42,038 nt of DNA, from contig CAIQQL010000131.1 in assembly GCA_903873955.1 (NCBI GenBank), positions 1-42,038 of the forward strand, in the 5' to 3' direction. A program made the translations under genes and the position numbers. The stretch's first letter is position 1. Each line of letters begins with the position of its first letter. Positions 35,607-42,038 of this stretch are shown piece by piece. This DNA is from an uncultured archaeon (lineage in GTDB: Archaea; Nanobdellota; Nanobdellia; Pacearchaeales; GW2011-AR1). Under the pieces are notes generated by a model. It had not been told where the DNA came from. It saw only the letters and a list, made by a program, of their open reading frames with translations, and did no database searches.

Positions 35607-36605
35607 TCAAGAAGTGCACGCGTATTTGCAAGCATAACTCTCGCAAGTAGTCGTAACTTTTCCATTTGCACATGCATTCTTACTTGGGGCCGGGCAATCC
35701 CTAAATGTGCAACAAGGTGTGCCACTTGAAGGTTTTGAGACAATCTGATCACCGCAACAAAGACTTGTCGACTCGCTATATCCTTTCTTGTACAAAGAAC
35801 CACAACACGACAATCCTGCAGGAGAAGACACGTCTCCTGTTTTAAACGCACCTACACAGCAGGTCTGTGTCTTTGGATCAAATACATTTACTGGGCTACT
35901 TGTACCGCAACAGGAGGATCCCTTAGGCCCTATCACTCCTCCAAGGGAGCCTTCATCTTGGAGACAACAGACCTGTGTGGCCGGATCATAAAAATCAACC
36001 GCAGATTTCCCAGTACCGCAACAGGACATACCTGCAGAACCACCAACATACCCGTTATTATCTGAGTCCTGACAACATTTTTGCGACTTAGGGTCATATA
36101 CCTTCACTGAATTTTTGCCACAGCATGACAACCCTGATGATTCCCCTCCGACAAATCCCTCCCCCAACCAATTTTTGCAGCAGGTCTGTGTTTTCGAATT
36201 ATATGCGACCTGTGAATTAGCACTTCCACAACAGGCTCCTCCTGAACTATCTGCTACGCTGCCCTTTCCATCCTTAACACAGCATATTTGTTTTGCCGGA
36301 TCATAGGTTGTATCTCCACATTGCGCCAAAATAGGCGCTGGTTTAGGCCCTGTCTCTGGAGAAACAGAAGGGTTTGCATTCCCCTGTCCATATCCCATCT
36401 CTGGAGAAACAGAAGGGTTTGCATTCCCATGTCCTGGTCCGGTCTCCGAAGAGTCATTTCCATATCCATAGCCATAACCCGTCTCCGGAGAAAAAACAGG
36501 GTTCATCTTCTTTTCAAAAGAGATATTTTTCGCCAATATAAGAACTAGACCTATAAGCACACATAAAAAGCCCAGCATTATCGCCTGCCTCTTTGTTAGA
36601 CCCAT
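35607..36605 (-). CDS. Membrane-anchored protein with galaxin-like di-cysteine repeats
   Basis: N-terminal TM; ~6 repeats of CCG-x(5-8)-[YF][DN]-x3-Q-x-CC. Confidence 0.8.
   Translation of the reverse strand: MGLTKRQAIMLGFLCVLIGLVLILAKNISFEKKMNPVFSPETGYGYGYGNDSSETGPGHGNANPSVSPEMGYGQGNANPSVSPETGPKPAPILAQCGDTTYDPAKQICCVKDGKGSVADSSGGACCGSANSQVAYNSKTQTCCKNWLGEGFVGGESSGLSCCGKNSVKVYDPKSQKCCQDSDNNGYVGGSAGMSCCGTGKSAVDFYDPATQVCCLQDEGSLGGVIGPKGSSCCGTSSPVNVFDPKTQTCCVGAFKTGDVSSPAGLSCCGSLYKKGYSESTSLCCGDQIVSKPSSGTPCCTFRDCPAPSKNACANGKVTTTCESYACKYACTS
36353..36428. repeat. 31-bp identical repeat with 45-bp period (encodes GNANPSVSPE twice)
   Basis: tctctggagaaacagaagggtttgcattccc at 36353-36383 and 36398-36428. 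Confidence 0.9.
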
Positions 36606-36709
36606 AAAGAGGTCAACGTTTATTTTTATTTAAACTTATGTTTTTTGCCAGGTTATTCTTTCTTCTTTTATGAAGAAACCCTTAAAAAGCCGATGATGAT
36701 AGAAGAGGT

Positions 36710-37294
36710 ATGGCTGATGTTGACCCTGTTCTTCTTGCGAAAGAAACTCAGATTTGCAAGGATTGCAAAAACATAGTTGTTGGAAAGGGAAATTTACAGG
36801 CAAGTATTCTTTTTGTTGGAGAGGCCCCTGGAGCAAATGAGGATGAACAGGGTCTGCCCTTTGTTGGTGCTGCCGGCAAGAACTTAGATGCTCTGCTCTC
36901 TGCTGTAGGTCTTAGTCTGCAGGATATCTATGTAACCAATATCCTAAAATGCCGGCCTCCACAGAATCGGGCACCTCTGCCTGATGAAATAAAAGCACAT
37001 ACTCCCTGGTTAATCTCCCAAATAAGGGAAATGCGGCCAAGAGTGGTGTGCAGCCTGGGCAATTATGCCACCAAGTTCTTTTTATCCGGGCTCAATCCCG
37101 ACTTAATGGACAAACAACCCGGTATAACCAGTGTTCATGGCAAGGTGAGGAAAATCACCTTTGAGGGCATGACTTTCACTCTTATCCCTTTGTTTCATCC
37201 TGCTGCAATCATCTACAATCGCGCCCTTTTGCCATTATGGGAAAAAGATATGGGTATTGTCAAATCAGAAATCGCGCAGAAAACGCTCGGGTAA
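36710..37294 (+). CDS. udg: Uracil-DNA glycosylase family 4
   Basis: VGEAPG..ED..G.PFVG.AG, TNILKCRPP.NR.P, FHPAA. Confidence 0.93.
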   Translation: MADVDPVLLAKETQICKDCKNIVVGKGNLQASILFVGEAPGANEDEQGLPFVGAAGKNLDALLSAVGLSLQDIYVTNILKCRPPQNRAPLPDEIKAHTPWLISQIREMRPRVVCSLGNYATKFFLSGLNPDLMDKQPGITSVHGKVRKITFEGMTFTLIPLFHPAAIIYNRALLPLWEKDMGIVKSEIAQKTLG

Positions 37295-37430
37295 CTTTTT
37301 CGGCTCCTCTTCTCCCTTCTTGAGGTCATCACATGGTTTTTAAGAGTTGTGAATCTACTTTCCCGATTTAGTTTTCCTAACCTCCTAATATATCCTAACC
37401 TTATCTTTCTCATAAAGGAGGAAAAATCCT

Positions 37431-37574
37431 ATGAAGACCAAACAAAAAACAATGATGCTTCGAAGGGCAAGAGCGCAGAAAGCATGGAGGGCCTATGCAT
37501 TCTCCTCTCTTTTTAGTACCCGTCACCCTGCTGAGCAGATTGCCGTTACCTCTCCTTTTATTTTTAAACGCTGA
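37431..37574 (+). CDS. Small basic protein (47 aa) with strong Shine-Dalgarno
   Basis: AGGAGG at 37416-37421, 9 nt before ATG; MKTKQKTMMLRRARAQKAWRAYAFSSLFSTRHPAEQIAVTSPFIFKR. Confidence 0.5.
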   Translation: MKTKQKTMMLRRARAQKAWRAYAFSSLFSTRHPAEQIAVTSPFIFKR

Positions 37575-37648
37575 ATCAGTCCGGGTTTAATCGACCCGCC
37601 TCCCTTCAATGATACGGCTAATGGGAATTAACTCCTGGAACTGATGGC

Positions 37649-37671
37649 AAGCCGAGGTAGCTCGGCTTTTT
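37649..37671 (+). terminator. Hairpin followed by T run, terminator-like
   Basis: aagccgag-gtag-ctcggctt perfect stem, T5 tail. Confidence 0.65.
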
Positions 37672-37690
37672 ACTCCCGCATTAAACTTTC

Positions 37691-38257
37691 CTAGTTTTGA
37701 TTATCAATATATGCAGCCTTTCCGCTCGAAACGAGTATTTCCGCGATTTCTATTTGAATATTTACCAGTTGTCCTCCTTTAAAGGGGCCCACTAAATTTC
37801 CAGAAATGTCAACAAACTGTTCGACGTCCTGATTGAACATCACCATCTTATTCTCCTCCTTTGGTTTGTCCTTCTTGCCATTCATCTGTTTTGCGAGTTG
37901 TTTGTCCCCTTCCTCAAATGCCTTCACTAGCTTGTCAAACATCTCCTTTTCAAACGGGAGCATATTCTCAAAATCCCTTTTCATCATACCTGTCTCAGTC
38001 GCGACAAACACCAGACTGAGCAGCTTCTTCTTTCTGATCCTGATCAACTCCTTGAAAATCGAGATGGAATTCTCATATTGTTTCTTTGCCTTATCTACCG
38101 CATCGGCAAACATTTCATCTTCTTTGACAACCGCCAGATTCTTCTTTTCGGCAAGGTAGTCGCAAATATCTATCAGGAAGTTCTTTGGCAACTGCTGCAG
38201 GATGTCATTATATTTCTCTTTGCGCAGGAGATCGTACAGGTCTGTGTAGCTTAACAT
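37691..38257 (-). CDS. DNA replication factor GINS (Gins51/Gins15-type)
   Basis: Helical A domain (LRKEKY...LQQLPKNF...RKKKL...MLPFEKEMF) then beta B domain (FVDISG..VGPFK.G..VN....AEILV..GKA). Confidence 0.85.
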   Translation of the reverse strand: MLSYTDLYDLLRKEKYNDILQQLPKNFLIDICDYLAEKKNLAVVKEDEMFADAVDKAKKQYENSISIFKELIRIRKKKLLSLVFVATETGMMKRDFENMLPFEKEMFDKLVKAFEEGDKQLAKQMNGKKDKPKEENKMVMFNQDVEQFVDISGNLVGPFKGGQLVNIQIEIAEILVSSGKAAYIDNQN

Positions 38258-38355
38258 ATACTTATCTTCCCTTTGCGCTTTATAAAAATGATTATACTCT
38301 TTTGAGAGACATCATAGTAAAAAAGATTTATAATCTTCCCTATCTTGAGGCATTG

Positions 38356-39021
38356 ATGAAAAAAGAGTTGAAGATCTATCTTTTCAGGCATGGCCGGACT
38401 TTTTACAATGAACGGCATATCTTTACGGGATGGAAAGATGCCAGGCTAAGCCCCAGAGGCATTCAGGACGCTAAGGTCATTGCCCGAAAGCTTGCCCATG
38501 CCAAGATTGACCTTGCCTTCTCCTCTGATCTAAGTCGCGCGAAACTGACCTTAAAAGAAGTTCTGCGAAAACATCCTCCTGTCAAAGTGATCATCGATCG
38601 CCGCTTGCGTGAACGTTCTTATGGTTCTCTTGAAGGAAAAAGTCATCAACATTATATTTTAGATGAAGGCAAAGATAGCTACAAGACGCTCCTTCATTGG
38701 CATAAGATAGATCATCTTCATGGAAAAGAACGTGTTGCCTTTGTCAAGGCCCTTGGTGAAGCAGAACTACGCATTGTCCGGCGTAGTTATTTTGTAAGCC
38801 CTCCGAAGGGGGAATCAGTTAAGATGGTTGAAAAAAGAGTTAACTCCTTCATCAAAGACCTTCTCAGCATCATGAAGCGTGATAAAGTCAATGTGGCAAT
38901 CTCAGCACATGGTAACTCCATCAGACCCTTCAGGAAATATTTTGAGCATTTGTCCATTCAGGAGATGATGCAGCTTGAGCAACCTTTTGATTCCTATTTT
39001 GAATACACCGTAAAGGTCTGA
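38356..39021 (+). CDS. gpmA: Histidine phosphatase / 2,3-BPG-dependent phosphoglycerate mutase
   Basis: FRHG, FTGW.D..LS, LRERSYG.LEG, PPKGES, AHGNSIR; start at MKKELK (38356). Confidence 0.85.
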   Translation: MKKELKIYLFRHGRTFYNERHIFTGWKDARLSPRGIQDAKVIARKLAHAKIDLAFSSDLSRAKLTLKEVLRKHPPVKVIIDRRLRERSYGSLEGKSHQHYILDEGKDSYKTLLHWHKIDHLHGKERVAFVKALGEAELRIVRRSYFVSPPKGESVKMVEKRVNSFIKDLLSIMKRDKVNVAISAHGNSIRPFRKYFEHLSIQEMMQLEQPFDSYFEYTVKV

Positions 39022-39076
39022 ACCTTTTTTAGTCTGTTTTCGTTAGTTTAATAAACAGGGTTGGCTCTTTATTTTT

Positions 39077-40636
39077 ATGTTTGGCTTTCTGAAAAAGAAA
39101 CTTTCTGGCTGGTTAGGCAAAGAAAAAGGCGAAGAAGCTTCTTTGAACCAAGAAACTGTGCAAGAAGAGACGCCTGCAGTCCCTACCGTAAAAACTCCTT
39201 CTTCGAAGGAAACTGAACAAAATCCCTTACCTGAAGTGGAAAAAGTTCAGGTGTCCAAGATTATTCCTAAGAAGGCTTCTAAGCAGGCAAAATCGATAGA
39301 AAAAGAGGAGCCTCCTCATCTTCTTGAGCAGTCCGAAAAACCAGTTGTCTCTTCTCAAACTACCCCTGCAACTCCTCTCTTGGATTCTGAACCTGAAAAA
39401 AAGGAAGTTCTTAATGAACCTGCTTCTCAACATTCTCCTTCTATCGTTAAGAAGTCTTCTAAGAAAGATAAGGGCTTGAATAGGGACACCTCGATTCTTT
39501 ATGGAAAGACCCTTCCTACCTTGCCCAAACAAATGGAAGACCCTTCTTCAGAAAAGAAGTCCTGGTTCTCTTTTGGCAAACGAAAAAAGAAAGAGCCTTC
39601 TCAGGAATCAATAGACCAGCCTGAAAAGGTCCAAGGGACGGAACTTGAAAAAGCAAGTAGTGAGGAACAGCATCTTGAGCATATCGAAGAGCACCTTGAA
39701 AAGATTGAAGTTCCATCACAGGAAGAATCTCCTCCTTTATCTGAGGAACCTGAAGAAAGCGAGGGTTTCTTCAGTAAGCTTATCCATAAGATAACTACTT
39801 CCACGCTCACCCAAGACCAGTTTGATGAGCTTTTCTTGGAACTTGAGCTAACCCTTCTTGAGAACAATGTTGCACTGGAGGCAGTAGATGCAATCAAACT
39901 AAACCTTTCCAAGAGTCTTGTCGGACAAGATATCAAAAAAACCGATGCAGAAAAAAAGGTGTTTGATGCCCTTGCTTCTTCTATACTTTCCTTGCTCATT
40001 GATCCTCCTGCTCTACTTGACCAAATTAAAGAGAAAAAAGGCATCTTCACCATCCTTTTTTTCGGTATCAACGGCACAGGAAAAACAACAAGCATAGCCA
40101 AACTTGCCTATTTGCTCAAAAAGAACGGTATAAGCTGCGTCTTGGCTGCTGCAGATACTTTCCGTGCAGCTTCCATCGAACAACTTAAAATCCATGGTGA
40201 GCGTATCGGGGTTGAGGTTATTAGCCAGCAATATGGGTCAGATCCTGCCGCCGTTGCTTTCGATGCACGAAAGTATGCAGAGAAGAACAATATCAAAGTG
40301 GTCCTTATTGACACTGCAGGGAGAATGTACACTCGTGATAATCTTCTCAAAGAGATGGACAAGATTGTGCGTATCGCCCAGCCTGACCTGAAAATATTTG
40401 TCGGTGAGTCTATCACCGGGAATGATGCAGTTGATCAAGCCAAAGCATTCCAGGATACCATTGGCATCGATGGTTTAATTCTTTCCAAAGCAGATATTGA
40501 TGAAAAGGCGGGAACCATTCTCTCTGTAAGCTATGTGACTGGCAAACCTATCTATTTTCTTGGTGTCGGCCAGGAATATGCTGATCTTGAAGCATTCTCC
40601 AAGAAGAATGTGTTAAAGCATTTGGGCCTTGGTTAA
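39077..40636 (+). CDS. ftsY: SRP receptor FtsY with long charged N-terminal region
   Basis: GINGTGKTT, DTFRAA, DTAGR, SKAD.D.KAG, G.GQ.Y.DL. Confidence 0.96.
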   Translation: MFGFLKKKLSGWLGKEKGEEASLNQETVQEETPAVPTVKTPSSKETEQNPLPEVEKVQVSKIIPKKASKQAKSIEKEEPPHLLEQSEKPVVSSQTTPATPLLDSEPEKKEVLNEPASQHSPSIVKKSSKKDKGLNRDTSILYGKTLPTLPKQMEDPSSEKKSWFSFGKRKKKEPSQESIDQPEKVQGTELEKASSEEQHLEHIEEHLEKIEVPSQEESPPLSEEPEESEGFFSKLIHKITTSTLTQDQFDELFLELELTLLENNVALEAVDAIKLNLSKSLVGQDIKKTDAEKKVFDALASSILSLLIDPPALLDQIKEKKGIFTILFFGINGTGKTTSIAKLAYLLKKNGISCVLAAADTFRAASIEQLKIHGERIGVEVISQQYGSDPAAVAFDARKYAEKNNIKVVLIDTAGRMYTRDNLLKEMDKIVRIAQPDLKIFVGESITGNDAVDQAKAFQDTIGIDGLILSKADIDEKAGTILSVSYVTGKPIYFLGVGQEYADLEAFSKKNVLKHLGLG

Positions 40637-40870
40637 TTCCTATTCCTGAACTTCTGTGCGCATACTTGCCTTTTCTTCTTAAAAAGTCTTGAAAATCCCT
40701 TGATTAGCTACTGGCTCTCTTCGCATTGCGTTCAATCAAACACGAAACGTATCTTTTTACACTCGCTTTCTTTTCAAATAACCTCTTCCCTAATTTTCTA
40801 CTTGCACTCTTTTCATTAAGGAAATTTAGCCAACCATAACCTTATTAACCTTTTGGGGGCTCTTTTTTTC

Positions 40871-42038
40871 ATGCTTGATAAGCTCTCTGGTGTGCTCAAG
40901 AAGACGACAGATAAGATAGCGAATGCCATCTTTCTTGATAAAACCCTTGTGGATCAAATCATCAAAGACCTTCAACGTGCCCTTATTGAGGCTGATGTTA
41001 ATGTTCGTCTTGTACTGGAGATCACCCAACGTATAAAAAAGGAGGCTCTAGATGAGCGTATCAAAGGAATTGAGAAGAAAGAGCATGTCATAAAGCTTCT
41101 TCATGATGAGCTTTTAAACCTCCTTGGTCAAAAACGCGAGATCATCCTAGGCGAGCATAACATCTTTCTCATGCTTGGCCTTTACGGTGCCGGAAAGACC
41201 ACTACCATCTCCAAACTCGCCTCCTATTATGCGAAAAGGGGGAACAAGGTTTGTGCAGTGGGATTAGACGTTCATCGTCCTGCTGCCAGTGAGCAACTTA
41301 AGCAGCTTTGCGATAAACTCAACATTCCAGTGTTTATCAAACCCGAAGAAAAAGACCCTAAGAAAATCTGGAAACTCTATGAGAACGAAATTAAAAAACA
41401 CACCTTGGTCTTGGTCGATACTGCCGGCAGAGATTCTTTAAGCGAGGACCTTGTTAAGGAGATCAAGGAGATAAGCGCGTTTACAAAACCAACCGAAACT
41501 TTCTTGGTCATGACTGCGGATATTGGCCAAACGGCAAAGAAACAAGCGCAAACCTTCAAGGAAGCCGTCCAGATAACCGGCGTCATTATCACCAAGATGG
41601 ACTCCACTGCAAAGGCAGGAGGCGCCTTGACAGCCTGTGCCGAAGTTAAGGCCCCAGTAGTCTTCATTGGCACCGGTGAGAAACCTGCAGACCTTGAAAG
41701 TTTTGACCCTGATTCCTTTCTTTCACGTTTGCTGGGCATGGGTGACCTGAAAACTCTACTTGAAAAGATTCAATCCGTAGTCGACAAAGACAAAATAGAA
41801 GAAACCCAAAAGAAACTGCAGGAAGGAAAGTTTACCTTGCGCGATCTTCAGTCCCAGCTTGAATCCATGGAATCTCTAGGGTCTTTTGATAAGATCATGG
41901 GAATGATTCCCGGCCTTGGAAAAGCAAAGATCCCTGATGAAGCAATGCAAATGCAACAAGCCAAGGTAAAAAGCTGGAAACATGCCATCAATTCTATGTC
42001 TTATTCCATTGCTACCACGAACTGCAAAAGGCAAATTG
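40871..42038 (+). CDS. srp54: Signal recognition particle protein SRP54 (runs off window end)
   Basis: Not in ORF track. Manual translation MLDKLSGVLKK...ALIEADVNV...GLYGAGKTTT...DVHRPAA...DTAGR...TKMDSTAKAGG...RLLGMGDL...FTLRD...MIPG. Confidence 0.95.
   Translation, partial: MLDKLSGVLKKTTDKIANAIFLDKTLVDQIIKDLQRALIEADVNVRLVLEITQRIKKEALDERIKGIEKKEHVIKLLHDELLNLLGQKREIILGEHNIFLMLGLYGAGKTTTISKLASYYAKRGNKVCAVGLDVHRPAASEQLKQLCDKLNIPVFIKPEEKDPKKIWKLYENEIKKHTLVLVDTAGRDSLSEDLVKEIKEISAFTKPTETFLVMTADIGQTAKKQAQTFKEAVQITGVIITKMDSTAKAGGALTACAEVKAPVVFIGTGEKPADLESFDPDSFLSRLLGMGDLKTLLEKIQSVVDKDKIEETQKKLQEGKFTLRDLQSQLESMESLGSFDKIMGMIPGLGKAKIPDEAMQMQQAKVKSWKHAINSMSYSIATTNCKRQI

Noticed and set aside
37641-37671. 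Hammerhead ribozyme or fluoride riboswitch suggested by CTGATG
   Set aside because: Reads CTGATGG not CTGATGA, there is no GAAA after the stem, and the fluoride riboswitch 5' GATGG..TTC element is absent
39077-39760. Long N-terminal extension of FtsY as a novel fusion
   Set aside because: Charged, low-complexity N-terminal regions are common in FtsY proteins
40637-40870. SRP RNA between ftsY and srp54
   Set aside because: AT-rich, with no helix 8 motif (CAGG...GNRA...AGCA) on either strand
41377-41739. 120-aa minus-strand ORF (and 40826..41029)
   Set aside because: Antisense to srp54, which the track omitted only because it lacks a stop in the window

Overview
This is an archaeal chromosomal fragment. 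Evidence: RadA, aEF-1beta, GINS, RPA, SRP54/FtsY, a Hef-type helicase, tRNA-Arg(GCG) and TATA boxes ~25 nt upstream of start codons. The gene content points to a DPANN/Nanobdellota lineage, probably Pacearchaeota-like (inference). The centrepiece is a ~15 kb type IV pilus/Tad-like locus (11.7-27.1 kb). It holds a secretion ATPase, a TadB/C-ArlJ-like platform protein, an A24 prepilin peptidase and ten tandem class III signal peptide genes. Two of the ten are micro-pilins (58 and 42 aa) that the ORF track misses or mis-starts. Two are large pilins with distal Gly/Ala-rich hydrophobic segments, which are candidates for insertion into a host membrane. Next to the locus lie two coiled-coil genes and three paralogous 5-TM proteins. 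Other content: several Cys-rich surface proteins (a 1295-aa adhesin-like protein and a galaxin-like repeat protein), a nucleotide salvage/sanitation neighbourhood, several enzyme homologues with substituted catalytic residues, a tandem alpha/beta-hydrolase pair sharing a 65-bp identical tract, and a small ORF followed by a structured RNA candidate. No CRISPR array, integrase, transposase or rRNA was seen.
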